Under the pieces are notes generated by a model that was not told the DNA's origin, made no database searches, and worked only from the letters and a program-made list of their open reading frames with translations. The translations under genes were made by a program, and so were the position numbers. From contig MHGF01000022.1 in assembly GCA_001805445.1 (NCBI GenBank), positions 74,613 through 138,612 on the forward strand: a DNA stretch of 64,000 bases, written 5' to 3'. Below are positions 9,093 to 18,765 of the stretch, piece after piece (position 1 is the stretch's first letter; each line of letters begins with the position of its first letter). The DNA is from Omnitrophica WOR_2 bacterium GWF2_43_52 (lineage in GTDB: Bacteria > Omnitrophota > Gorgyraeia > Gygaellales > UBA12090).

Positions 9093-9369
9093 TATCTTGC
9101 AAATGTTTAGACATATCCGGTAATTTATGCTTGGGTTTTTCGCTTAAACCACGCTTAACGCTGGATAAGGCCGCGGCATTCTTATAAAGCCACGCTTCAT
9201 GTTCTGGAACAGCCACCATAGGCTCAAGGACAATCTTGCCGGCGATTATTTCAGCATTATAAAGAGTAACCTTTAATTTTCCTGCCTTTATAATTTTACC
9301 TAATGGAATACGTTTGCGTTCATCTAACGACAATAACATGGGGAACTCCTCCTTTTTCGCTCGCTCCAT
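9085..9369 (-). CDS. AbrB/MazE/SpoVT-family antitoxin
   Basis: 94 aa. The looped-hinge-helix-like segment IPLGKIIKAGKLKVTLYNAEIIAGKIVLEP. The gene sits immediately upstream of the toxin and overlaps it. Confidence 0.55.
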   Translation of the reverse strand: MERAKKEEFPMLLSLDERKRIPLGKIIKAGKLKVTLYNAEIIAGKIVLEPMVAVPEHEAWLYKNAAALSSVKRGLSEKPKHKLPDMSKHLQDNE

Positions 9370-9427
9370 CTAAAGTATACAATATTGTATCAATGTTGTC
9401 AAGTGGGTATTGTTACAGATATAGTTT

Positions 9428-12400
9428 TTATACTTTATCCGATTCCAGGGCAATAAGCAATCCCTTTAGGGAGGGTTCGGTGGCAGGCAATTTTTCATCC
9501 TCTTCCTCGCGCCGAAGGATATCGGCAAGCATAGCGCGAACCTGGTCTATTCTCTCTTCAGAGAGCGGACTGGCCACAGCTGCTGCCGTGTATTCGCCAA
9601 TGCGCTGGACAGACGGCCGGATCCCGGCGTTAAAGACAGCTTGAATTTGAGACCATTCTTTATCCAAATCCGACTTAGGGGTTATAGACAGCGGCCTAGA
9701 GACTAAAGACTGGAGACTTTGAATTTGCTGGGTTTGGATAGGTAGGGCGGCAAAATCGATGCCACCCTTGTCATCGCTGACTGATGAGGAGCTTGTTGAA
9801 TCCAAACTAATCTTATATACACCACCTTCATCAGAATAAATAATCACGGTTGATTCATTAATTACTTCTATCTTTTCTGGAATAATTGACAAACATGGCC
9901 AAACATTCAGGCTATTACTCGCAAAACGAATTGGCTTACCAACATAGGCAGAGGTCATAGGATCCCATAATTCTCCTTTGAGCTTTGTATTCGGCCTTAC
10001 TCCTTTTAATTCTTCTTTCTTCCAAAAAGTATTATTTTCGTCACTTCCACCGACTAATTCTAACGTGACTTTTGCATCCTCTTTAAATTTCTCGAAAACT
10101 TCTTCCTTAGATACGTTTCCTTTCTCTGGTTCCAACAAATAATTATATTGCTTACCAAAAAACAGCACGTTTCCTAAATGCTTAGCCACCTCGGCGAACC
10201 TGCCTAAAGAAGGCTTACAGGCACGTGCAGAATTAAAAAGATATTCTGCCCCTGCCACTGCTACTGCCTCTTTGGGTGTAGTTTTCCAATATTGCGTATA
10301 TCTTTTCAAGGCAACATTTGCATCTTGATATTTAGAATCGTTCTTCAATTCTTCATAACTATCTTCGCCCACGTAACACACCAGCCTTCCGCCATCTTCT
10401 CGATACACCCAATCTCCGTAATTAAAATCGCGAATCTCAGTATAATTCCCTTTTAACTCTCTTTTCAGCTCATCTAATGTCTTCAACTTGCCATTATGAA
10501 ACGCGCCGTAAAACCCAGCTTTGCGGGTAATCTCAATCCACGCATCAAAAGACACTATCGGATTGCTATTCTTATCGCTTGAAAGTGATATTTTATGCAT
10601 AATCTCATGCCAAAATGTTTTGGCCAAGTCTATGAAATTATTCTCATTCCGGACACCATTGATAAATATCGTATGGACTGTTTTTTGGCCAACCCACCCC
10701 CCAGCATTAACATCCAGCTCCGCAAAATCTATTTTTATGGGTATTTTTATCTTTCCCAGCAAATCTTTCGGAAACGATCCTAATATCTTTCTTACGTCTC
10801 CAAAACGTGATGGTGCCACATAAGAGAGAAATTCTATGTTTAATCCTTCCCTTATATCTCGCACTAACAAGAGATAACCCTCAAGGTCTTTTATGGTTTG
10901 CGAGTTATCAATTTTTCTCATACTGCCTAATTCAGACAATATCCTGCTTAACTTCTGAGAATCAATCCGACCGGACGTCTCAAATAGACCCTGTTCATTC
11001 TCTATATATAAATGCACCAGTTCTACCACATATTCATTAAATTCCGACCCTTTACTTTTAAGTATTTTCCCTAACAACTCTTTAGGGGACATCTTCTTTA
11101 TAGCCACTGCTTCCAAAAAATAAGTTTCCTTTATATGTTTAAGGAAAGACACATAATCTCTTAGACCAACCAACGCTACCAGCCTTTTCCTTTCCTTTCT
11201 TATTTCAGCTTCCGGCAATTCTGTATTTATCTGAACAATTACGTTATTTAACACATCCAGATTTATCTCATCGCTTTCCTTATTATCCTTCTGCTTAAGA
11301 TACTTAGCGATGTATTCTTTTATACCGTCATTCAGCCTTCCGGCACCTATATTCTTTTTTATAATCCATTTCACAAAATCTTCAAGAGATAACTCCCTTA
11401 ATTTTTCTGGTGAAGCTGCATATTTATCAAAATCGTGCTTTTCAAAACCTGCATTTCCCACCGCCGAGCTGGCGGAGGAACCATCTATAGGCAAATTAAT
11501 AATTTGTTTCCTTTCTACAGCTGAACTTACAGATAATAATTTACCTATTCCCCTATTATCTCTAACATTAGACAAATTAATCGCGCTTGTTTCATTAGGC
11601 ATAGTAAATGTTTCTTCTGTCATTACGTTAGTTAATGTAGCTGGCTTATAGTTATACTCAGCCATTACAAATTCTTCTCCGTCATGCCAATCTATAAAAA
11701 TCTTAGTCCCTTCATAACCCTCAGGCATATCACCAGTAAAACCAATCCAGAGATCTCTTTTTGTTTTTAGATTCTGGGCATAAAGAACATTCTCACCAGG
11801 GTCATATAGATATTTAAAATTCTCTTTATCCTTATCTTCACACACTTTCAGCTTGAAGGTGGCATGGGTTATAGGGTTAGTAACTTCTATTGTTCCATCG
11901 GCTCGCAATTCACTAAGTAGCCCCTGCCGCATTCTTAGTAAATGCTGCTCTCGCTCCTTCACTGTTTTTTCTTCTCCACCGGTGTCCTCAGAATAAAACG
12001 AGCAACCTCGAAAAATAGTGCGAAAAGGAGTTATATCTATGCCAGCCTCTATAAATTCTTTTTTCAACTCTGCTATAAACTGTGTGAGAAGAAAAGGAGA
12101 ATTTCTATACCTTGAAAAATATTCCTGCCGATGGTCTTTTCGAGCCGCGTCTGTAGAAGGATAGATAATGTCCCACAACAACTTCGTCTGAGGCTTAGTC
12201 GAATGATCGTTATCCTTAATTTCAAGGCTGTCATGAATTATTCTAAACAAAAATCTTTGTAATTCTGAAACCTTCAAGTCACTTGAAAGTAATCGGTCGC
12301 TATTAATGTCTTCTATCACTTTCTTAATATCACTCATTGTAATTGTGTTACCCCATTCCAGCTTTACGTCTGCGGAATCCTCTACCGCCGAGCTGGCGGG

Positions 12401-15400
12401 GGCAGGAGCACCTGTAGATTCATCTTGAAGCGGCACACCCCATAAATTAAGCACCTTTTCTATATCTCGAATATATTCTTCACCAATCTCTTTTTTAGGA
12501 TCGAGTTTAATCCGATCCTTTATTTTCTCTATTTGATCCCTCCAAGCCTTTATACGTGTTTCTAACTCGCCTATTTCAGAAGCAAATTTAAGTTCTTCTT
12601 CTAATATTCTCGGATGGGCATGTTGAAAAAAAAAGTTAAAGTCAGAATCAATAGCCCCTCTTTCTACAAATTTTTGCTCAAGTAATTCATGTAAAAATAC
12701 AGATTTTGTAGGAGAAATGCCTAATTCCTGACAAAACGCATGATAAGCCGCGGGAGAATAATATATGCCCTCCTTCTGGACAGACGGATGAAACATCCAT
12801 ACAATGGATGGTATGGATTCTGGGGCCATATATCTTGTAGCTTTTTCAATTTCATCCCATACTTTGCCTGCGCCACCCGCTAATTCCCTAACTCTTTTGA
12901 TCAATTCCGCAGATGCCCTATCCAACATAAACATCGTAATTCCTATTTTTACCTTAAAAACTCCAATTTCTTCTATAAATTTTTCAAGAGTCATTTTCCT
13001 AATTTTATCCTTGGAACCTATTTTGTTTTCAAGATATTCTGCGGTATCCTTCACCGCAGAATCTATTACATTGGAATCGGGTTTAGCCTTAGGCTGATTA
13101 TGAGCGCTGGCCATCTCCATTTGACTCACTACCTCTGCGATATTACGACTCTTTAAAGCACCCCAGATGTTTTTAGCGTCCAAATTATCTTTACTACCGT
13201 TTGCCAAAGTTACCAGAGACAGCTCCTTAGGCTCTGGATTCCGTCCAAAAAAGCTCATCAAAGAAGAAGAAGCTACTTTTTCTTTTTCACTTATTTCTTC
13301 CACCGCCGAGCTAGGCACATTATTATATGATTTTTCGCTATTGATACTATTTGTTCGATTTAAACCAACCCTTCTTACCATATCGTCTTCGGTAGGTAAC
13401 CTTTTTCCATGAACCCAAAGGGTAAGTCCTGGGTTCTTCTCTGTTATCTCCTTTAGTGCCGACTGATAATCCGGAACAAACATTTTGGCTGTCCAGCCTT
13501 CATAACCATATCCGCCAAAATAATCCAGATTAGTTACTTCTACTTTTTCTGAACTCTTTTTTACAAATATCAATTTTTTAGAATACTCGGCAAAAACTTT
13601 CTCTGCCTGATCCCTGAGAAATTCAGGGACTAAAATATAGTCTATATCTTCAAAACTGACTTCCTGAACACTCCAAGCTAAAGCACCACTTTTACCCGTA
13701 AGCAAGCCTATATCTTTCTTCTTAATAGTGTCAAATTGAGAGACAAAGAGAACAGAATGCATAACCCGCTCCTCCATCATTTCAGATAGAAGGCCATATC
13801 CATGAAGCAAACGTAAATCTTCCCCGTATCTTTCTGTAACAACTGGTAATACCGCATTGCCGTCGCGTCCATTATATAATGCGTCATAGGAAGTATTCAT
13901 AAATCCATTTCTTATTCCTTCTTTAGCCAATTCCTCTACATCTTCCAAAGATAATCCGGGGAGTCTATAGCTCTTATATATTTCCCCTGTTTGCTTAATG
14001 ATTACATTCCATGTCGTGCCATCATCTCCTTTCTCTAATGACAATGTAGGATTGATTATGACCCCATAAACTATAGGTGCTGGCGTTCGCGAGGATAGCG
14101 ACGTATCAACACGCAAACCTCCTCTTTTAATTTGCTCAAGTTGATAAACAATCTCGTCTCCGACCCGTTTCGAAATAAAAAATCCTAATTGCCTGCCTAA
14201 TGCCTTTGGAGATGACAACATACTCAAATCTACAGATAGAAGATAACTCAAAGATTGACCGCTGTGCCCGGTAACAGGATTGAATCTATCCATAATTATT
14301 CTATTTACCCTATATTCCCAATTATTAGCTGGAGATGTAAATTGAGAAACCGCCTTATCAATAAATATTGCCAGATTTTCTTTTCCTGCCCACTGAGCAT
14401 AATCTTTAAAAAGCTCTTCTAAATAGCTTAATCCTGCCACATCATTATTTTCTGTCCGCATAAATCTAACAACATCCTCTCCAGAGGTGCCAATACCAGC
14501 TGCCTTTCCTATGATTGTTGCTACACCATATTTGTTCAACGCTTCTGCAAATATTTTATAAGACTGCTCAATAATTGAAGATGAAGCTCTATCAGTTGCA
14601 AAGGACTCTATTAAAAATTTAGTTCTCGGAGGACTAATTGTCTTAGCAGGAATCTTAGAGATTGCGCTGCTAACTTGTTCCGTTCCAAACATCATCCCCC
14701 CGCTCATATACTTGCGGATACTCTGGCCCATAGGAGTATATATCGGCTCAGTGAGGTTGTATTCGCCATCTTGGAATGATTTCTGGTATTGCTGGAAGTA
14801 ATCTTGCTTGTCATACAGTTCTTTAGAAACCAAATTAGTCAAAGCCCCGGAATCTATGAGCTTGAAGTAATCATTGGCTTTTTCTGTCCTCTGTTCCCTG
14901 TTCTCTGTCATCTGCGAGCGAAAGCGAGCTTTAAACCACTGCGCCAAGATGAGCGAATAATACACCTGCCGAAGAGAAGCGTATCTCTTTGAGGTATTCA
15001 CCTGATAGGTAAGCTTAGGGATTACCAATTCTCTGATAAGCTGGGTAGAATATTCATTGAGCTCCTTTAGCCTTGGATCTTTGAAACTATAATTTATTAT
15101 CGTCCCTCGTCCTTCATCCTTCATCCCTCGTAAATAATCCTCCTCCAGCATCACTTTTAGGGTTGCTTTGTATATGTACGCATTATCAGGGGCTTCTCTG
15201 ATGATTATCTCATTGGGCACTATCCAGGGGCGGGTTAAGGTGGGTATGGTAATATTCTCCGTTCCAAATAATTCTTCTGCTTTCTTATAGAGTTTATCCC
15301 AGTAAACTTTTCCTTCAGGGTCTTGGGGTGAAGTAAAGTTTGCGGTGTCCTTCTTTAGCTGGACATCTGCTTCTAAGAATATCCTGCCGATATCAGTCAT

Positions 15401-15868
15401 TGCTACGTCATCATCTATGATGTTATCCGGTGAATCCGGCCTTAGGTTTACCCAGAATTTATCATTAGGCAGGCTTAAGCCGATAAAGAAGTATTTCAAT
15501 AGCTCTTTGGTAGCATTATTGAGCTCATTAGCTGGTGAGCTGGTTAGCTCATTAGCTAAATGGTTATCAAATTTAGTATCTCCTTTGTCTAACAATAGCT
15601 GAAAGTCATTGCTTTGGCTATCGTAGGAGATGTACCTTAGATGTAAGGGACGGAATTTGTCTTGGGGGATAACCGCATTACGGGCTTGGTTAAAGTAACC
15701 AGAAATATCCAGAGTCTGGGCTACTTGGGCAAAGCTGGTTTGCTCAAAGATAAGGCAGAAACAAAAGAAAAAATGGGCTATGCGCCCGCCACACTGCCTT
15801 GGCGGGCGTCCGCCTATGCTTTGTGGTGGACGTTGTGCGTTATGAGTCATGTCGAATACGATAGGCAA
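9428..15868 (-). CDS. giant multidomain protein A (2146 aa) of unknown function, sharing N- and C-terminal modules with the 26062-29616 paralog
   Basis: Single uninterrupted ORF. The first ~430 aa are ~85% identical to paralog B. The C-terminal ~100 aa (GGIDFAALPI...TEPSLKGLLIALESD) resemble the B C-terminus. An internal HExxH motif (FWHEIMHKISL) is present. The SSAVE linker motif recurs four times. The N-terminus has a long charged region before a hydrophobic stretch, IAHFFFCFCLIF. Confidence 0.8.
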   Translation of the reverse strand: MPIVFDMTHNAQRPPQSIGGRPPRQCGGRIAHFFFCFCLIFEQTSFAQVAQTLDISGYFNQARNAVIPQDKFRPLHLRYISYDSQSNDFQLLLDKGDTKFDNHLANELTSSPANELNNATKELLKYFFIGLSLPNDKFWVNLRPDSPDNIIDDDVAMTDIGRIFLEADVQLKKDTANFTSPQDPEGKVYWDKLYKKAEELFGTENITIPTLTRPWIVPNEIIIREAPDNAYIYKATLKVMLEEDYLRGMKDEGRGTIINYSFKDPRLKELNEYSTQLIRELVIPKLTYQVNTSKRYASLRQVYYSLILAQWFKARFRSQMTENREQRTEKANDYFKLIDSGALTNLVSKELYDKQDYFQQYQKSFQDGEYNLTEPIYTPMGQSIRKYMSGGMMFGTEQVSSAISKIPAKTISPPRTKFLIESFATDRASSSIIEQSYKIFAEALNKYGVATIIGKAAGIGTSGEDVVRFMRTENNDVAGLSYLEELFKDYAQWAGKENLAIFIDKAVSQFTSPANNWEYRVNRIIMDRFNPVTGHSGQSLSYLLSVDLSMLSSPKALGRQLGFFISKRVGDEIVYQLEQIKRGGLRVDTSLSSRTPAPIVYGVIINPTLSLEKGDDGTTWNVIIKQTGEIYKSYRLPGLSLEDVEELAKEGIRNGFMNTSYDALYNGRDGNAVLPVVTERYGEDLRLLHGYGLLSEMMEERVMHSVLFVSQFDTIKKKDIGLLTGKSGALAWSVQEVSFEDIDYILVPEFLRDQAEKVFAEYSKKLIFVKKSSEKVEVTNLDYFGGYGYEGWTAKMFVPDYQSALKEITEKNPGLTLWVHGKRLPTEDDMVRRVGLNRTNSINSEKSYNNVPSSAVEEISEKEKVASSSLMSFFGRNPEPKELSLVTLANGSKDNLDAKNIWGALKSRNIAEVVSQMEMASAHNQPKAKPDSNVIDSAVKDTAEYLENKIGSKDKIRKMTLEKFIEEIGVFKVKIGITMFMLDRASAELIKRVRELAGGAGKVWDEIEKATRYMAPESIPSIVWMFHPSVQKEGIYYSPAAYHAFCQELGISPTKSVFLHELLEQKFVERGAIDSDFNFFFQHAHPRILEEELKFASEIGELETRIKAWRDQIEKIKDRIKLDPKKEIGEEYIRDIEKVLNLWGVPLQDESTGAPAPASSAVEDSADVKLEWGNTITMSDIKKVIEDINSDRLLSSDLKVSELQRFLFRIIHDSLEIKDNDHSTKPQTKLLWDIIYPSTDAARKDHRQEYFSRYRNSPFLLTQFIAELKKEFIEAGIDITPFRTIFRGCSFYSEDTGGEEKTVKEREQHLLRMRQGLLSELRADGTIEVTNPITHATFKLKVCEDKDKENFKYLYDPGENVLYAQNLKTKRDLWIGFTGDMPEGYEGTKIFIDWHDGEEFVMAEYNYKPATLTNVMTEETFTMPNETSAINLSNVRDNRGIGKLLSVSSAVERKQIINLPIDGSSASSAVGNAGFEKHDFDKYAASPEKLRELSLEDFVKWIIKKNIGAGRLNDGIKEYIAKYLKQKDNKESDEINLDVLNNVIVQINTELPEAEIRKERKRLVALVGLRDYVSFLKHIKETYFLEAVAIKKMSPKELLGKILKSKGSEFNEYVVELVHLYIENEQGLFETSGRIDSQKLSRILSELGSMRKIDNSQTIKDLEGYLLLVRDIREGLNIEFLSYVAPSRFGDVRKILGSFPKDLLGKIKIPIKIDFAELDVNAGGWVGQKTVHTIFINGVRNENNFIDLAKTFWHEIMHKISLSSDKNSNPIVSFDAWIEITRKAGFYGAFHNGKLKTLDELKRELKGNYTEIRDFNYGDWVYREDGGRLVCYVGEDSYEELKNDSKYQDANVALKRYTQYWKTTPKEAVAVAGAEYLFNSARACKPSLGRFAEVAKHLGNVLFFGKQYNYLLEPEKGNVSKEEVFEKFKEDAKVTLELVGGSDENNTFWKKEELKGVRPNTKLKGELWDPMTSAYVGKPIRFASNSLNVWPCLSIIPEKIEVINESTVIIYSDEGGVYKISLDSTSSSSVSDDKGGIDFAALPIQTQQIQSLQSLVSRPLSITPKSDLDKEWSQIQAVFNAGIRPSVQRIGEYTAAAVASPLSEERIDQVRAMLADILRREEEDEKLPATEPSLKGLLIALESDKV

Positions 15869-15877
15869 TGCCAGGCA

Positions 15878-15940
15878 TAAACAAGTATCATTTTTACTTG
15901 ACTATGCCTGGCATTGTGCGGGGCTATTAGCTACCTAAAA
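15878..15940. repeat. AATGCCAGGCATA ... TATGCCTGGCATT hairpin element (14-bp stem, ~24-nt loop) in the giant gene A leader
   Basis: Inverted repeat seen directly. Near-identical copies at 29625-29680 and, with a short loop, at 20698-20735. Confidence 0.65.
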
Positions 15941-16082
15941 TATACTATATTTTAAGCCCAAAACAAGGCTAAAACAGGGGGTTTGGGAAAGCGCTTTCTG
16001 CAACCGCAGATTACGCGGATTTTGAAAAAAACAAGTCCGCGGATTGCGCAGATTGAAAGGGACGGTTGTTCCTATATATAGT

Positions 16083-16100
16083 TTGTGAAATCTTTCATAA
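16083..16100 (+). promoter_or_regulatory. candidate Rex operator TTGTGAAATCTTTCATAA immediately upstream of the nuoA promoter
   Basis: Matches the Rex-box consensus TTGTGAA-N4-TTCACAA with one mismatch. It abuts a -35-like TTGACA, and a rex gene lies at 55836-56459. Confidence 0.4.
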
Positions 16101-16107
16101 TTTTTTC

Positions 16108-16137
16108 TTGACAGTCAATCTGCCTACATGCTAAGAT
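16108..16137 (+). promoter_or_regulatory. sigma70-like promoter for the nuo operon (TTGACA -18 bp- TAAGAT)
   Basis: Hexamers read directly. About 30 bp upstream of the RBS (AGGAG) and the nuoA ATG. Confidence 0.35.
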
Positions 16138-16168
16138 TATTGAGTTTTTAACAGGAGTAAAACAACCT

Positions 16169-16528
16169 ATGTTATTAAATAGTTACAGCTATGCCCTACT
16201 TTTTTTGGCCGCGGGCACAGTCTTTGTCTTGGCCGCGTTTGTCACCTCATGGATTTTAAGGCCAAGCAAGCCAACCAAAGAAAAAATTACCCCCTACGAA
16301 TGCGGGGAATTTACTACAGGGACAAGCTTTGTCCAATACAATGTCCGCTACTATATTTTCGCCCTGATTTTCGTGGTTTTCGATGTGGAAGTGGCATTTT
16401 TACTCCCCTGGGCGGTTATTTTTAAAGACTGCGGGGCATGGGCATTCTTAGAGGCCGCGGTATTTATCTTTATCTTATTGGTAGGGCTGTTTTACGCTTT
16501 AAAGAAGAAGGCATTAGAATGGGTCTAA
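16169..16528 (+). CDS. nuoA: NADH-quinone oxidoreductase subunit A
   Basis: 119 aa with three TM helices. Conserved YECGE and FDVE motifs. Confidence 0.9.
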   Translation: MLLNSYSYALLFLAAGTVFVLAAFVTSWILRPSKPTKEKITPYECGEFTTGTSFVQYNVRYYIFALIFVVFDVEVAFLLPWAVIFKDCGAWAFLEAAVFIFILLVGLFYALKKKALEWV

Positions 16529-17037
16529 TACAAAAACTGCCTCTATTTACCGAAAAGATTCCCGGAGGCCAAATCATTCTCTCCGCCACAGACTTTATCC
16601 TCAACTGGGCAAAGGAATCAAGTCTCTGGCCGATGTCATTCGGGCTTGCCTGCTGCGCGATTGAGATGATGGCAGCCGGAGCTTCCCGTTATGACTTAGA
16701 CCGTTTTGGCGCCGGCGTCTTCCGCGCTACTCCCCGCCAGTGCGACCTGATGATTGTTGCCGGCACGGTAAACCAGAAGATGTCTAAACGGCTTCGCCTT
16801 CTTTATGACCAGATGCCTGAGCCCAAGTATGTCCTGGCAATGGGCAGCTGCGCGATTTCCGGCGGCCCTTATTATTATGATAGCTATAACGTAGTAAAAG
16901 GCGTGGATCAGGTGGTCCCCGTGGATATCCATGTTCCCGGGTGCCCTCCCCGGCCCGAAGCGCTCCTCTTTGGCATTATGAAACTCCAGGAAAAAATCAA
17001 AAAATCAAGCCTTAAAGACGAAATTACCAAAAAATAG
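16519..17037 (+). CDS. nuoB: NADH-quinone oxidoreductase subunit B (20 kDa, N2 cluster)
   Basis: In-frame ATG at 16519 (MGLIQKL...). The track ORF starts earlier and overlaps nuoA. Motifs [14 protein letters not shown] and GCPPRPE. Confidence 0.9.
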   Translation: MGLIQKLPLFTEKIPGGQIILSATDFILNWAKESSLWPMSFGLACCAIEMMAAGASRYDLDRFGAGVFRATPRQCDLMIVAGTVNQKMSKRLRLLYDQMPEPKYVLAMGSCAISGGPYYYDSYNVVKGVDQVVPVDIHVPGCPPRPEALLFGIMKLQEKIKKSSLKDEITKK

Positions 17038-17038
17038 C

Positions 17039-17482
17039 ATGGCTGACGCAATAGCAACTTTAAAAACTAAATTTCCCGCGATTACCGAAGAGGCAAATAC
17101 CCAATGCCTTATTCTTGAAAGCAAAGATATCAAAAATGCCTGCCGCTTCCTCAAAGAAAACTTAAGCTTTGAACAATTAGCCTGTATATCCGCTATAGAT
17201 TATAAGGACAAATTTGCCATAGCGTATAACCTCTATTCTTACACAACTAGAGAAAAAATCACTCTCAAGGTATTCTTGGATAAAAATAACCCCTCTGTAG
17301 AAAGCATCACTCCCCTATGGAGCGCGGCGAATTGGCATGAACGGGAGGCCTTTGATATGATGGGAATTACCTTTACCGGGCACCCGGATTTACGGCGCAT
17401 ACTCTTGCCCGACGACTGGCAGGGATACCCTTTAAGAAAAGAGTATACCAATGAAAACTTTGTCCGCATGCCTTCTATTTAG
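17039..17482 (+). CDS. nuoC: NADH-quinone oxidoreductase subunit C (30 kDa)
   Basis: 147 aa. The conserved ERE.FDM.GI.F.GHPDLRR.L motif. Confidence 0.85.
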   Translation: MADAIATLKTKFPAITEEANTQCLILESKDIKNACRFLKENLSFEQLACISAIDYKDKFAIAYNLYSYTTREKITLKVFLDKNNPSVESITPLWSAANWHEREAFDMMGITFTGHPDLRRILLPDDWQGYPLRKEYTNENFVRMPSI

Positions 17483-17492
17483 TTAGTGCTGA

Positions 17493-17572
17493 AAAACTAA
17501 TTTCCACACAAATTAACACGAATAGATTTGTGGGAATTCGATAAAAATTCGTGGGAATTCGTGTTATCAAAT
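17493..17572. repeat. MITE-like ACACGAATT-family element between nuoC and nuoD
   Basis: The sequence aacacgaatagatttgtgggaattcgataaaaattcgtgggaattcgtgtt has half-sites in both orientations. Confidence 0.6.
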
Positions 17573-17605
17573 ACCTTTTTTAGTGGAAACTATTTAAAAC
17601 ACTCT

Positions 17606-18760
17606 ATGGACCTTCAAATACACACTGAAAATTTAGGCACACAAAATAAACCTCAAGCCGCTTTTGAAACAGAAGACTTTGAAGTCAGCTTTGGCCCGCA
17701 GCATCCCTCAACCCACGGGGTTTTACGCCTGCAATTAACCCTTGACGGTGAAGTCGTGATTGGCTGTGTACCCCATATAGGCTACCTCCACAGGGACTTT
17801 GAAAAAATCTGCGAAAACAGGACCTATACCCAAATTATTCCCTACACCGACCGCCTTGATTATCTGGGGGCAATGAACAATAACTTTGGTTATTGCATGG
17901 CGATAGAAAAATTAATGGGCCTCGCGATTCCTGAGCGCGCGGACTATATCCGGGTGATTATCGCGGAATTAAACCGCATTGCCAGCCATCTTTTGGCTGT
18001 CGGGACATTCGTTCAGGATTTAGGCGCGTTTGGCACTCCCCTGCTTTATTGCTTTCGCGAAAGAGAAAAAATCCTGGATATCTTTGAAAGCACCTGCGGC
18101 AGCCGACTTACCTATAATTATTACCGCATAGGAGGGGTATCCGCGGACATCCCCGCTGATTTTCAAAAAAAGGTAAAAGAATTTATAGATTATTTTAAGC
18201 CAAAACTCAAAGAGTATGAAGACCTAATGCCTCTTAATGCTATACTTCTGGTGCGCACCAAGGGTATCGGAATACTCAGCAAGGAAAAAGCGCTTGCCTA
18301 TGCTGTAACCGGCCCTAACTTGCGGGCAAGCGGAGTCAAATTTGACTTACGAAAGGAAGAGCCTTATTCTATCTATCCCCGTTTTGAATTTGACATTCCC
18401 GTAATAACTACCGGGGACACCTGGGATAGGCTCAGAATAAGAATGGATGAACTCTACCAGTCTCTGAGGATTATTGAACAGGCTATAGATAACATCCCGC
18501 AGGGAGAACATATTGCCAAGGTGCCAAAAATCTTAAAACCTCCGGCAGGTGAAATTTACTTCAGGTCAGAAAGCCCGCGCGGTGAGTTAGGATTTTATGT
18601 AATCAGTGACGGCTCAACTAAGCCTTACCGGCTAAAATGCCGGGCGCCGTCTTTCTGTAATCTGGCGGTGATTTCGGATTTAGTCAAAGGAGTAAAAGTA
18701 GCTGATGTCATTGCCATTCTGGGAAGCCTGGATGTAGTATTAGGCGAGATTGATCGATAA
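17606..18760 (+). CDS. nuoD: NADH-quinone oxidoreductase subunit D (49 kDa)
   Basis: Likely true start MDLQIHTEN at 17606. The track start at 17528 lies inside the repeat element. Motifs GPQHPSTHGVLRL and RAPSF.NL. Confidence 0.85.
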   Translation: MDLQIHTENLGTQNKPQAAFETEDFEVSFGPQHPSTHGVLRLQLTLDGEVVIGCVPHIGYLHRDFEKICENRTYTQIIPYTDRLDYLGAMNNNFGYCMAIEKLMGLAIPERADYIRVIIAELNRIASHLLAVGTFVQDLGAFGTPLLYCFREREKILDIFESTCGSRLTYNYYRIGGVSADIPADFQKKVKEFIDYFKPKLKEYEDLMPLNAILLVRTKGIGILSKEKALAYAVTGPNLRASGVKFDLRKEEPYSIYPRFEFDIPVITTGDTWDRLRIRMDELYQSLRIIEQAIDNIPQGEHIAKVPKILKPPAGEIYFRSESPRGELGFYVISDGSTKPYRLKCRAPSFCNLAVISDLVKGVKVADVIAILGSLDVVLGEIDR

Positions 18761-18765
18761 CCGTA

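Noticed and set aside
16438-17037. Track ORF start for nuoB (16438), and likewise 17528 for nuoD, 19599 for nuoI and 41720 for the second YbjQ gene
   Set aside because: These upstream starts overlap the preceding gene or a repeat element by 90-200 nt and add non-homologous N-terminal residues. Internal in-frame ATGs with an RBS and the conserved protein N-termini were used instead.
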